Virus record (IMG/VR): IMGVR_UViG_3300028837_000875
Span: 1 to 64,000 of that record
Direction: 5' to 3' (one strand)
DNA: 64,000 bases
Source: a virus
Positions 18,201 to 26,969 of this stretch are shown here, one piece after another. The notes beneath the pieces were generated by a model. The model was not told the origin of the DNA and made no database searches. It worked only from the letters and a program-made list of their open reading frames with translations. Each line of letters opens with the position of its first letter. Positions within the stretch are counted from its first letter, which is position 1. A program made the translations under genes and the position numbers.

Positions 18201-19269
18201 AGATAAATCTGTTTGGAAATTCAATCCTGATATGCCACCAACTAAACATGTGTTTGCTACTCCAAAGCCTCCGCATCCTTTAGGCTGGTTGACTCAAGTC
18301 AAGAACATTCATAAGGAAGGAGAAGTTGGAGCCACTCGTTTTGAAGAAGGATTGTTTTATGGAAAAGACTGGGGCTTACGCTATCACGGTGCAGGAGGCA
18401 AAGGCTCTCATGGAACTTCAAAGCCTTGGTTCTTTGAGTATTTTCTGCGCGGAAGAAAATTCAATTGCAAGATAGTTTTCAGATTGCTTGAAGCTCCAAA
18501 AGGTGGAGGCAGAAAAGTAGAGAAAGGAATTTTCTGGCAAGCTTGGATTGCTAAAGACCAGTTTCCATATATCCTCACTCGCTCAGCAAGAACAAAAAGA
18601 GATTGGCTACCGCCACATGGGCGTTCTGCTATTCCTCCTGAATTAGAAGTTCTAATTCCAAATGAATTGAAATGGTGGAATCTTCCCAAAGGTCATTCAA
18701 AAGAAAAGATGCTCGACACAATTGACAAAGCTTATAATCACTTAATTGATGAAGGATGGATTGCAGCAAGAAAACTTCCAGTGCGCGAAGAACAAACGCA
18801 ATCTTTGGAAGGAAAGAAAGTTCCTTTCATACTTCAATATGAGTGGTGGAAAGGTCCTGAAGTAATTAGAGGCATGAGGCAGAACAAATTTTTCATCAAG
18901 CTTCAGGACAATTCAAATGTTCAAGCAATATCTTTCCTTGAGAAAAAGCCAGTGTTGACAACAGAAGATGCTGGCATTGCAGCAACAATGCACAAAGTTT
19001 CTCACGGACCAAAACGTGGAATGAAGCCAATAGACTGGATGCGATTTGAAGGAGAGATAGGTCCGGGTGAGCCTGGACATCCTTTAGAAATAAAAAAATT
19101 GCCTCTACATGTAGAAATTATGGACAGAGGTAGTGTTCAAGTTATTGAGGATGGAGAGCTTTTCAAATCACTTCAGTTTGATGGCAAACTCTTAAAGGGA
19201 TATTACGTTATGAGACGTGAAGGTCCAGATTCCAAACTATGGGTTTGGCAGAAGTCAAAGCTTCCATAA
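15262..19269 (+). CDS. 1335-aa multidomain ATP-dependent DNA ligase protein
   Basis: ligase motif I QKKYDG, FYDV, EGIVAK; LigD phosphoesterase-like DHYRGKSVHGDLR and C-terminal MDRG..LKGYYVMRR; NTase-like GS..NDLD. Confidence 0.8.
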   Translation: MAEVPNIASMDFKKVDDEVLSRSFNTVNAWYASIKQGKKLKHSLDTIIRLGVQIMTELLRRGKVTFHPEEMKQVSREFSAKVLDKIVKQKVNVEPPYGDLIAEGKAKGLLLGEDIPLDKIYLFVQDGKALGYVRFGAMPSIESKPGSGAAFGTYHYKIVGDDFKKYQKIHRVSDEEKEQLWPKNKILWLYPVRDFFPLDKPIQLSTNLDTTLPEGLKPEDLTPDYLKQINSMTLVKIHGWLHSGFFQAQKRKEAIERWVNAHAFVVDEMINRKMEHRPWSELDEFSKQYQTHKFERAIDYLQDFLIRKPYALAAGSVFVSGEGNDLDVVIRDEENQYFKEAVLHFMSKSNLKADMVFGAWTSSFTNNVSLYDYGLTRNPRSEMFLSKIKLHGLDLQLPSFVNSQPRVFIKQRDTKLLFWIREDITKERDGIVEFKIKQMLPLYYDAKFDYGLYVPSDYKPIYWDVYLREPEPEMITMSIVQSRHEVRLARGIKIMRYFQTMKPAKAAKPGEPATFDFYLAVFKSRDFPVFLQKKYDGANLEIHRSGNDVKIWTEDGVDVTHRLPGTVEEIKKLNHNKFAALAEAEFWKGKFHYPRERAAGYLMSKDKPDDSNIVLNFYDVVATGSHGDVSGKNMIERDKVLDTFDFKQSTIGVPDLKYRLNRAPSKMAKNASELKTKSEELRFAAGSEGIVAKPFWGVYDLSGRRKEQIKFHNSVIFVARVLKRNQTKTPGVYTYKWAIKSGPLKAREQHAVMINNEEYIHGGNTDSTDFKLSKGDLIVIEAETFNKVYYEKDDTVKVSAWVPRVLEQKADKGVDSVKSVMKEAQNNRVLTIKKVHKDGSESYLPQEAFKLNTEHTALLRLSALEEEHGILPLIESLEDIRTEEEAILQRYSRDIPVPSDIKAKESKWNSISLDELEKMNPSSLPKGFFVIVDHYRGKSVHGDLRGKENGTADGWTISNAWAGKIKEPVDSFSEAQAIQSDKSVWKFNPDMPPTKHVFATPKPPHPLGWLTQVKNIHKEGEVGATRFEEGLFYGKDWGLRYHGAGGKGSHGTSKPWFFEYFLRGRKFNCKIVFRLLEAPKGGGRKVEKGIFWQAWIAKDQFPYILTRSARTKRDWLPPHGRSAIPPELEVLIPNELKWWNLPKGHSKEKMLDTIDKAYNHLIDEGWIAARKLPVREEQTQSLEGKKVPFILQYEWWKGPEVIRGMRQNKFFIKLQDNSNVQAISFLEKKPVLTTEDAGIAATMHKVSHGPKRGMKPIDWMRFEGEIGPGEPGHPLEIKKLPLHVEIMDRGSVQVIEDGELFKSLQFDGKLLKGYYVMRREGPDSKLWVWQKSKLP

Positions 19270-19378
19270 AACCTGCATAAGCCAAAGAGCGGTAGACAAA
19301 TGTGCTGGTAAGAAAAATTTTAATTGCAAAAGCCTTGAAAGGTAGTAATATTCTTAGAGTAGTCAAGAGGAATAAGAG

Positions 19379-19573
19379 TTGACAGAAACAACTAAAGAGA
19401 AAACAGAAATAGAATTTAAAGATGAACAAGGAAAAGTTTGTAAAGTTGAAGTGAAAGAAATTTCAATTCCTGAAAATTTCGATTCTATACTTATCAATTT
19501 TAAGACAAATCAAGGCACTGTGAAGCGTTATCTTCTCAGGCGAACAAAAAGAGACAGATTGGTGCTGACATAA
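19379..19573 (+). CDS. small protein with HemP-like C-terminus
   Basis: ends RYLLRRTKRDRLVLT; TTG start after GAGGA. Confidence 0.5.
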   Translation: MTETTKEKTEIEFKDEQGKVCKVEVKEISIPENFDSILINFKTNQGTVKRYLLRRTKRDRLVLT

Positions 19574-19642
19574 TCTGGTTAGCTCTTTAGCGAATACAAG
19601 TAGTGACGAGCAACCCTAAAGTTTTTGACAAGGAGGTTGCTC

Positions 19643-21034
19643 GTGACCAAGACAGCCGCTAAACCAGCTTTGATTTTAAGACGCAAACTTGCGTTAAAAG
19701 TTGGTGTACACAACGGCATCAATTATTCAGAGGATGAAGTACGCAAGCTTTATCTTCGGTACCAGCAACTCGAGTCCAAGCCTTTTGAGCAACTCTCAAT
19801 GGAGGAAGTACACGCCTTCGATTTATTCAAAGGTGGAGATGAGGACCACAAAGACTCAACTGGGACTTGGGTCGGAAGCGTCAAAGATGTGTACTGGGAT
19901 GATACGTCAAAAGGATTTGGATTTGACAAGTGGAATATCGTAGATGAAGATTTTGCGAGAAAGATTGAATTTCAAAAGTCACGCGGTAAAGCTTCGTTTG
20001 GAGTTTCTCCGCGTTTGAATGTGTTGCGCAAAGGAACAGATGCAACGGATATACTTCCGAAGAATATTGGCATCGTCTTGAATCCAGCAGGAGGCGAGGA
20101 TTTGATGCTGAGCAGAGATTCGGACAATGCTGATTATGAATTAAGGGAAGATATAATTCAAGAGTTGACACTGTCAGAACAAGAGTCCATTCAAAGAGGA
20201 GGAGAATTGAACATGGACGAGAAGCAGATTGCGGAAGCTCTCGGTAAAGTTGGCGAAGCGATTGAAGGAATCAATACTAGGCTTGATAAAGTTGAGAATG
20301 CAAAGAGAGAAGCAGAATTAAAAGCTAAAGAAGATGAAATGAAACTCAAATGCGAGGCTCTTGAAGCCGAAAAAGTAAAGCTTGAAACTGAGCTGGCCAA
20401 GAAGAAAGAGGAAGAGGAAAAGATGCAGGCCGGCAAAGGTAAAGGCAAGGACAAAGAAGATGAAGAAAAAATGAGTGATGAAGAAAAAGCAGCACTCGCC
20501 AAGAAGAAAGAGGAAGAGGAAAAGATGCAGGCAGGTCCAGGCAAAGACAAGAAGTACAAGTATTACGGTGCCGCGTCTGCCAGGGATTCTCTCCTGAAGA
20601 AATTCGCTGTCACTCCGGACCTTCGTCTCATGGACGAGCAGTCCATCAATCGCGTTGCCGAGGACATCGTAAACGCGGCTAAAATTTTCGATGCAACTTT
20701 CACGCTTGAGAAAGCACAGAAAGGCATCGAGGAACTTCAGGCAATTCTTTTGAATCTGCCTTCAAACGCGCAGGAAGAGAAAGCACTCATGGAGCACGTA
20801 GAGGAAACTCTTTCGAGCGTAAGCCAGCAGATTGTAGGCAAACTTGATGATAAATTGAATTCGGGTTCAAGTCAGGGCAGAAGAAAAGGTCTCGTCCTTG
20901 GTGATGAAGAGGGAAGAGCAGACGAAACTCTTTCTGGAAAAGGAAATTCCGGCAATCAGAATCAGCCGGTCACCAAGCAGGATGTATTGAATGACATTTC
21001 TTCGAGCCTTTGCAAAGGACTCGGAATCAAGTAG
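19643..21034 (+). CDS. prohead protease/scaffold protein
   Basis: directly upstream of capsid; N-terminal GVHNG..DH..WVG..GVS protease-like domain, charged coiled-coil C-terminus; AGGAGGT RBS. Confidence 0.75.
   Translation: MTKTAAKPALILRRKLALKVGVHNGINYSEDEVRKLYLRYQQLESKPFEQLSMEEVHAFDLFKGGDEDHKDSTGTWVGSVKDVYWDDTSKGFGFDKWNIVDEDFARKIEFQKSRGKASFGVSPRLNVLRKGTDATDILPKNIGIVLNPAGGEDLMLSRDSDNADYELREDIIQELTLSEQESIQRGGELNMDEKQIAEALGKVGEAIEGINTRLDKVENAKREAELKAKEDEMKLKCEALEAEKVKLETELAKKKEEEEKMQAGKGKGKDKEDEEKMSDEEKAALAKKKEEEEKMQAGPGKDKKYKYYGAASARDSLLKKFAVTPDLRLMDEQSINRVAEDIVNAAKIFDATFTLEKAQKGIEELQAILLNLPSNAQEEKALMEHVEETLSSVSQQIVGKLDDKLNSGSSQGRRKGLVLGDEEGRADETLSGKGNSGNQNQPVTKQDVLNDISSSLCKGLGIK
20213..21034 (+). 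CDS. nested in-frame scaffold protein (internal start)
   Basis: AGAGGAGGAG RBS before in-frame ATG 20213. Confidence 0.6.
   Translation: MDEKQIAEALGKVGEAIEGINTRLDKVENAKREAELKAKEDEMKLKCEALEAEKVKLETELAKKKEEEEKMQAGKGKGKDKEDEEKMSDEEKAALAKKKEEEEKMQAGPGKDKKYKYYGAASARDSLLKKFAVTPDLRLMDEQSINRVAEDIVNAAKIFDATFTLEKAQKGIEELQAILLNLPSNAQEEKALMEHVEETLSSVSQQIVGKLDDKLNSGSSQGRRKGLVLGDEEGRADETLSGKGNSGNQNQPVTKQDVLNDISSSLCKGLGIK
20396..20532 (+). repeat. ~35-bp direct repeat in scaffold gene
   Basis: GCCAAGAAGAAAGAGGAAGAGGAAAAGATGCAGGC twice (AKKKEEEEKMQAG). Confidence 0.8.
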
Positions 21035-21079
21035 GATTAAGGATATTAAGTTTCCAACTTTCAAGAAGGAGAATCAACA

Positions 21080-22414
21080 GTGAACTCGATGTGGGATTTG
21101 ATTCAACAGCGGGCTTCGGCAGAACTTCGCGGAGTTCGGCAGGAGCTTTCACTGGCTCTTGATACGACTACTGGTGGAGCACTTTCGCCAGAGTCTCTTG
21201 AGCCAAAGATTGTTGAGTTAGTCCGCAAGCTATCTCCGCTGGTAGCTGGACTGACAGTTATTCAGGCAGACGGAAAGACTCATGAGTACAATGAGAGAAG
21301 CGCACTTCCGTCCGCTGCATTCGAAGGCGAGAAAGCTGTAACTGGAACTTCGCAGTCTACTTATACACGTAGGCCAACTCCTCTGAAGATAATCAGAGCA
21401 AGGGGTGGAGTCACAGGATTCCAGCAGGCAGCGTCAAGGAAGTTCGTAAATTCTTATGTTAAAGAAATCGCTGGAGCCGCTCAGGCAATGGCGTGGGGAA
21501 TGGAATTTGGCGTAATGTGGGGCAACGCAACTTCGGACCAGTATCAGTACGATGGCCTCGACACGAAGATTATTACAAATAGACTTGAGAGAAATGCAGT
21601 TGTTACTCTCAGGCATCTTGATGAAGTCATTGATGCGATAATTGGAGTGGGTGCTCTCGACCCATCAAATATGGCGTTCTATCTGAGTCCTCAGATGCAC
21701 TCGAAAATTTCCTCGCTTGCTACTGAAGTGAGAAAAAATCTGCCAAGAATCAAGTACCCTGGCGGTCTGGAAATGGAGTCCTATCGAGAGATAGCACTCG
21801 TTGATTCTTCATTCTGCAAGCCCACCTCCCAGATGGGTGTAGTCACTGCTGCGGACGATGCCACGGTGGGTGGCTTAATTGCTGCTACTCAGTATCGTTA
21901 CAAAGTTGCTGCCGTTACTCGCTTCGGTGAACAGTGGGCAGGTGCAGAAGTAACGCACACCACAGGAGGCGGCATCACTTCAATCAAGCTTTCATTTACA
22001 GCTGTAGCCGATGCACAGTTGTACAAAGTGTACAGGACAATCGGAGGTGGCGGAGTAGGAACGGAAGTTCTTGCTGGAATATATGCTGCAAAGACGTACG
22101 ATGGTGATGGAACTATCACAGGTTACGTCGCCAGCATAATCGACATTGTTGCGGATGCTGCTCTGGGAACAGACACTCCGCTGGATTATACAAATCGTGA
22201 AGAGACAGTTTTCCTCGTGAATCGTGACCCTGAAATCTCGACAGAGATTGCGGGACTTATGAATGAGCAAGGAGAGAAAGTACAGAATCTGATTCAGATG
22301 CTTCCTCTTGCCAGGGTTAAGGACCAGGAAGAATTCTTGCTCCTGAGCTATCAGGCACTTATTTATAAGGGCGATATATTCAATGGTTTGCTGAGGCGCC
22401 TACGCACAGCGTAA
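21080..22414 (+). CDS. major capsid protein
   Basis: 444 aa; GGALSPESLE, EFGVMWGN..QYDGL; position after scaffold. Confidence 0.9.
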   Translation: MNSMWDLIQQRASAELRGVRQELSLALDTTTGGALSPESLEPKIVELVRKLSPLVAGLTVIQADGKTHEYNERSALPSAAFEGEKAVTGTSQSTYTRRPTPLKIIRARGGVTGFQQAASRKFVNSYVKEIAGAAQAMAWGMEFGVMWGNATSDQYQYDGLDTKIITNRLERNAVVTLRHLDEVIDAIIGVGALDPSNMAFYLSPQMHSKISSLATEVRKNLPRIKYPGGLEMESYREIALVDSSFCKPTSQMGVVTAADDATVGGLIAATQYRYKVAAVTRFGEQWAGAEVTHTTGGGITSIKLSFTAVADAQLYKVYRTIGGGGVGTEVLAGIYAAKTYDGDGTITGYVASIIDIVADAALGTDTPLDYTNREETVFLVNRDPEISTEIAGLMNEQGEKVQNLIQMLPLARVKDQEEFLLLSYQALIYKGDIFNGLLRRLRTA

Positions 22415-22460
22415 TTTGTTCTTTGAAATTTTTGAAAACTTCAAATTGAAGGAGAAACCT

Positions 22461-22772
22461 ATGGCTCTCTTTTTTGTGAAGGACATCAGGGCTGGTTCTG
22501 TCTTTGGGTATGTGATTAAAAATTACATAGTTGAAGTCAAAGACGAAGAGCACTTGAAAGCACTTAGGAAAGAGCCGGACAGGTTTCAAGAAGTAGTAGA
22601 CAAAAAGGAGGCGGCTAAAATGGCCGCCTCCTTATCTACTTCTGAAGCTGATATAGAGCCGGCAGAAGAAACTGAAGAACTTAAAGATGAAGATAAAGAG
22701 AAAGATGAGGAAGAGGAAGCAACCAAGAAAATTGCTGCTTCAAAGAAGCAAAAGAAGATTAAGAAAAGGTAG
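22461..22772 (+). CDS. charged small head-associated protein
   Basis: AAGGAGA RBS before ATG 22461. Confidence 0.65.
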   Translation: MALFFVKDIRAGSVFGYVIKNYIVEVKDEEHLKALRKEPDRFQEVVDKKEAAKMAASLSTSEADIEPAEETEELKDEDKEKDEEEEATKKIAASKKQKKIKKR

Positions 22773-22796
22773 CTTTAATACAAGTGAGCTGGCATC

Positions 22797-23447
22797 ATGC
22801 TAATATGGATAAGTCACGACTTGTTAGTAGAAGAACTCGAGGATTTGGGTTTAGATACTACTGCATGGACAGATAACAATTATGCCAAGCTCGATGCTGA
22901 AATCCTCAAACAACAAAGAGTATTTGAGCGACTTACAAGAAGGAAGTTTGAGCAAGCCACAATAGTGGAAAAGCTGAACGGGACTGGGAAAGAATCTATA
23001 GTTCTTAGATACTTTCCCATTATCTCTATAAGCTCTATTATTATTGAAGATGTTCCTGGCTACCCATATCTGTTGACACTAAGCGAATTTAGAGTAGATA
23101 AAGAAACTGGAATTGTAGTTCTTGTATCCACATATCCAAAGTTGACATCTTACTTTATCAAAGGAAAGCAGAATGTAACTGCTACATATGTTTATGGATA
23201 TGCAACAGGAACGATTCCAGAAGATATTCAGGACACAATTCTTTACATGACCCTTATTGGAGTTATCATGCGGACTCCAGGAGATTGGGAAAAGCTTGGA
23301 TTAAAAAGCATCCGCATAGCTCAGTATGCTGAGTCATTCGGTAGTAGCAAAAGTAAGTCAGGTGGAATTTATGCTCCACAAAAAGATTACTGGGCAGATA
23401 CAATTAAGTCAACAATTGCAAGATACAAAAGAATGCCGGTGCTCTAA
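22797..23447 (+). CDS. head-tail adaptor/connector
   Basis: NVTATYVYGY..IPEDIQ motif, position. Confidence 0.8.
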   Translation: MLIWISHDLLVEELEDLGLDTTAWTDNNYAKLDAEILKQQRVFERLTRRKFEQATIVEKLNGTGKESIVLRYFPIISISSIIIEDVPGYPYLLTLSEFRVDKETGIVVLVSTYPKLTSYFIKGKQNVTATYVYGYATGTIPEDIQDTILYMTLIGVIMRTPGDWEKLGLKSIRIAQYAESFGSSKSKSGGIYAPQKDYWADTIKSTIARYKRMPVL

Positions 23448-23449
23448 AT

Positions 23450-23800
23450 ATGGCCTGGGAAATTCCATTAAGGTTGCTGCCATTAAGAGCCGCAGTCAAG
23501 CGATTCAATAACGCGACTGGGGAATACGATAATACTGTTTATACAAGTCTGCCTTGCAGAATAGGACTTCACAGAGACAATTATCATACAGACCAAGCGC
23601 ACATTTCTTCTGAAGCTGAATATACAATTCTTATTTTCAATTATCTATTCAAGGCGGCAGTTGTAGACTTGAGATTTGAGGACCAGATTCATATAGGTAC
23701 ACACGTATATAGAGTGCTCAAAGTTTCAAACGCTGAATCTGCTAACCATCATTTTGAGTGCACGGTTGAGCAGACAAAGACTCCAAAGACGCAGGCTTAA
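23450..23800 (+). CDS. head closure protein
   Basis: LPCRI, D.I...YRVLKV, HHFEC motifs. Confidence 0.7.
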   Translation: MAWEIPLRLLPLRAAVKRFNNATGEYDNTVYTSLPCRIGLHRDNYHTDQAHISSEAEYTILIFNYLFKAAVVDLRFEDQIHIGTHVYRVLKVSNAESANHHFECTVEQTKTPKTQA

Positions 23801-23802
23801 TT

Positions 23803-24321
23803 ATGCAAATGACAATAACAATTCCAACAAGAGCTTTGAGAAACATTCAAAGACGTTTTGGTTCTGTTGCCAATCTGCGTTGGTTAAAAAGGCCAATACG
23901 TGATTCGTATTATTTTATGCTGCATTCAGTAGAAAAGAACTTCAGAAGCGAAGGACGTCCTCACAGATGGCGTGAGTGGAGTCCAGCCTATAAAGAAAGA
24001 GTTAGAGACAAGATAGGACCGCCACACCAAATATTACAGCTTTCAGGAAAGATAGATGCAAAGAACGCAGGAGGAACAAGCGAGAGAAGAACATTTGCGT
24101 TAAAGCTCAAGCGTTCAGTTCAAGTTGGAAAAGTAGTTAGAAGAGGATGGATAATTGGTACAAACGTAGTGTATGCAAGACTTCAACAGAAAGGTGGTAC
24201 AGTTGGCAAGTATGGACAGGCTCAAGTTCCAGCCAGACCTTTCTTGGTATTTCAACTTCAGGATATTGTAATTATTCGCGCTATGTTTCAAGCGCATATT
24301 CAAAAGATGCTTTTGATTTAA
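23803..24321 (+). CDS. virion morphogenesis protein (Mu gpG-like)
   Basis: NFRSEGRP..W, IGTNVVYARLQQKGG, VPARPFL. Confidence 0.85.
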   Translation: MQMTITIPTRALRNIQRRFGSVANLRWLKRPIRDSYYFMLHSVEKNFRSEGRPHRWREWSPAYKERVRDKIGPPHQILQLSGKIDAKNAGGTSERRTFALKLKRSVQVGKVVRRGWIIGTNVVYARLQQKGGTVGKYGQAQVPARPFLVFQLQDIVIIRAMFQAHIQKMLLI

Positions 24322-24331
24322 GGATGTTCTA

Positions 24332-24841
24332 ATGGCAGTACAGAAATATGATTATGAAGAAATGATAGATGCTCTCAAGCAATTGCTTGAGGCAAATCTT
24401 CCTGCTGCTATTGTAGAGATAAATACGGCTAAGGGCAATTATCCAATGAACAATCCTTTAGCTTATCATTTTGGTTTTCGTCACGTAGATACTCAGAAAG
24501 ACATTGGCAATGCTGTAGTAGTATTAAACGCTAACAACGTCGAAGGAATGGAATTCAATCCTGGAGTAACTGAAGAGGATTTCAGTATAGATGTGTATGT
24601 TGTTTACTGGGATAGAAAAGCAGAAATAGTAGAACGTAAAGTTCTTCGATATACAAAAGCAATAAGAAAAGTTCTTGATGCTCAATCAATCTTTAAGGAA
24701 GTAACGCCAAGGCCATCTAATGTAGGAGATTCTGTTGTCTCCATGCTTAATTGGGACCCAACGGATTTTGAAGGAGAAGTTTATTTTAAGTCAGGTTTCG
24801 TTAGAGTAAAAATTCGTGACATCTACACTTACGAGGATTAG
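24332..24841 (+). CDS. tail terminator-like protein
   Basis: position and size in neck module. Confidence 0.6.
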   Translation: MAVQKYDYEEMIDALKQLLEANLPAAIVEINTAKGNYPMNNPLAYHFGFRHVDTQKDIGNAVVVLNANNVEGMEFNPGVTEEDFSIDVYVVYWDRKAEIVERKVLRYTKAIRKVLDAQSIFKEVTPRPSNVGDSVVSMLNWDPTDFEGEVYFKSGFVRVKIRDIYTYED

Positions 24842-24849
24842 GAGGAAAA

Positions 24850-25119
24850 GTGGGTAAGATAATTTTTAAAGGTTGTGTTGGTTCCAAAGCTGTTATTGGT
24901 GGAACTGTATTGCAACCAGGAGAAGAAATGAATTTGCCAATTGCAGCTATTCCTGAAGGCTGTATCAATTCGAAGGACTATGAGGTCTTTGATGATGCTG
25001 GTGAACCAGTAAAATGGAAATCAAAATTAAGTAAACCAAAAGTAGGTGAAGCCAGAATCGGAAGTAAAGAGAAAGGCAAAGAAGAGAACAAGAAAGAGAA
25101 GAAAGCTAAGGAAGATTAG
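24850..25119 (+). CDS. hypothetical protein
   Basis: GGAGG RBS, K-rich tail. Confidence 0.6.
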   Translation: MGKIIFKGCVGSKAVIGGTVLQPGEEMNLPIAAIPEGCINSKDYEVFDDAGEPVKWKSKLSKPKVGEARIGSKEKGKEENKKEKKAKED

Positions 25120-25148
25120 GTTAAGAAAGATTGACAGGAGGACAAGGC

Positions 25149-25880
25149 ATGACGATTCTTAAAGCAGACTTCCTGAAGATAGCGGATTCGATGGCCGCTC
25201 AATCTCAGGAGCTTGCGAAAGAGATGGGTACTGGAGTAGAAGCGGGCACGGCTTCACTCGGTGCACAAAATAACATTGGTATAATTATGAGTCCTCTCGC
25301 AGAGGATGTTGTTGAAGATTTACTGGAAGCATTTCGCGACCAGCTCGGAAAAATGACTACGTATCCGAATGCTTATTCAGAACATGAAGTAGGAATGAAG
25401 GCACTTAATCGTCACACTGGGGGCATCAATACTTATTTGACAGCACAGGCTGCGCGAGTAGCTCCTGAGTTCAAATGGGCAATTGAAATGCTGGCAATAG
25501 AATCTTTAGACCCTGCAAATACTTTCTCGCCTGTTGTAGACCCAATGGATACAGTTGAGATAACTGGTCTTGACGCTGCAACTTGGGTTGATATTACAGA
25601 TATTGACTCAGATAATTATTATCAATCGCCTCTTGAATTAGTAAAGACTACTGCGGCTGGAGCAGCGGACCCAATAAACTTTACAATTCGATATACATTT
25701 TTTGATGGAACTACCTCTGACCAAATTACTACAGTTGATGCAAGTGATGCGATTGACACTGTAGATTTGCTTCCTCAGGAAGCTATCGCTGTCACTTTAG
25801 TTTCTGTAACTTGTGGAGCTGGGTCTGCTGGCCAAGCATGGAAAGTTCGTTCAAAACTTGAAAGAGTTGTTGTTCTTTAA
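25149..25880 (+). CDS. putative virion structural protein
   Basis: AGGAGG RBS; acidic, beta-rich C-half; just upstream of tail tube gene. Confidence 0.6.
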   Translation: MTILKADFLKIADSMAAQSQELAKEMGTGVEAGTASLGAQNNIGIIMSPLAEDVVEDLLEAFRDQLGKMTTYPNAYSEHEVGMKALNRHTGGINTYLTAQAARVAPEFKWAIEMLAIESLDPANTFSPVVDPMDTVEITGLDAATWVDITDIDSDNYYQSPLELVKTTAAGAADPINFTIRYTFFDGTTSDQITTVDASDAIDTVDLLPQEAIAVTLVSVTCGAGSAGQAWKVRSKLERVVVL

Positions 25881-25906
25881 TCAAACAACTAAGAGGAGAA
25901 AGTCGT

Positions 25907-26416
25907 ATGAAAGAGTGCAAGAATATCCTTCATGGCATCGCGTCGGTATTCCTTGACGGAGCCGATATAGGATATACCGAAGGCGGTGTTGAAGTTGAAA
26001 AAGGAATGGACACATTTGATAAGCTTGTGGACCAGGAGCTTGATGCTTGCGATATAGCAGTCACACAGTACACGATGATTGTGCGCACATCATTAGCTGA
26101 GACCACGCTTGAGAATATTAAGAGAGCTTGGAATGAAGCTGCTGTAATTACTACAACTCCAGGCCCGCCAAAGTATAGAACATTGACGTTTGGAATTCAG
26201 CAAGAAATTCCTGAGCATACATTGAAGTTTGTAGGATATTCTCCTGAGAAACTTAATCGTGAATATAATTTCAGAAGAGCAAAGCAAATTTCATCTTCGG
26301 CTCACACACTTCAGAAAGGTGACAAGGTTGTAGTGCCGGTAGAATTTCGCTGCTTGCCAGATTTTACCAAGCCCCGTGAAGAGCAGTATGGCTGGGTTGA
26401 CGATTTTGAAAGCTAA
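25907..26416 (+). CDS. major tail (tube) protein
   Basis: NILHG...DIGYTEGGVE, TSLAETTLENIK motifs typical of siphovirus tube proteins. Confidence 0.85.
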   Translation: MKECKNILHGIASVFLDGADIGYTEGGVEVEKGMDTFDKLVDQELDACDIAVTQYTMIVRTSLAETTLENIKRAWNEAAVITTTPGPPKYRTLTFGIQQEIPEHTLKFVGYSPEKLNREYNFRRAKQISSSAHTLQKGDKVVVPVEFRCLPDFTKPREEQYGWVDDFES

Positions 26417-26444
26417 ATAGCTGACTTGCTTTAGGAGGTAAGAG

Positions 26445-26969
26445 ATGTCAGTAGAGGGTGTAGGTACCGATAAAGAAGTTAATGCTGATAAAGCGGAAGA
26501 AATAAAAGAAAAGGTATTGGAAGTCAAAGACGCTTTTTCAGACATTGAAGTTCTTGCAGGACCTTGTAGGGAATACACCATCGGTGATAAGAAGTTTTCA
26601 CAGAAGCCTCTCGTTATGCGTGATTTCGGGAGGCTGTTTGAACATCTTATCGAGATGCTAAGCATAGCTGTAGCAGTGAATCCTGATTTATTAAAGTCAG
26701 GAAAATTTGAAGTTGATACGGATAATCTTTCGCCAGCCTTTTTAATTGGAATGGCTCAAGGCAGTAAAGAAATGATGGAGAAAGTATATGACATCATTAC
26801 TTTGTTGCTAAATGCTGATAGAGATTTCCTGCTTGATAATCTGAACATTTCTCAATTCACTCGAATTTTGGCTGATGTAATAGAGCTTAATGACTTAAGG
26901 GAAATTATCGCAAATTTTTCAAGGATGGGACGTCAGGTACGGGAATATCTTCAGAAGAGCAAGACATAA
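26445..26969 (+). CDS. tail assembly chaperone (G)
   Basis: between tube and tape measure; slippery A AAT TTT at 26912-26918. Confidence 0.8.
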   Translation: MSVEGVGTDKEVNADKAEEIKEKVLEVKDAFSDIEVLAGPCREYTIGDKKFSQKPLVMRDFGRLFEHLIEMLSIAVAVNPDLLKSGKFEVDTDNLSPAFLIGMAQGSKEMMEKVYDIITLLLNADRDFLLDNLNISQFTRILADVIELNDLREIIANFSRMGRQVREYLQKSKT

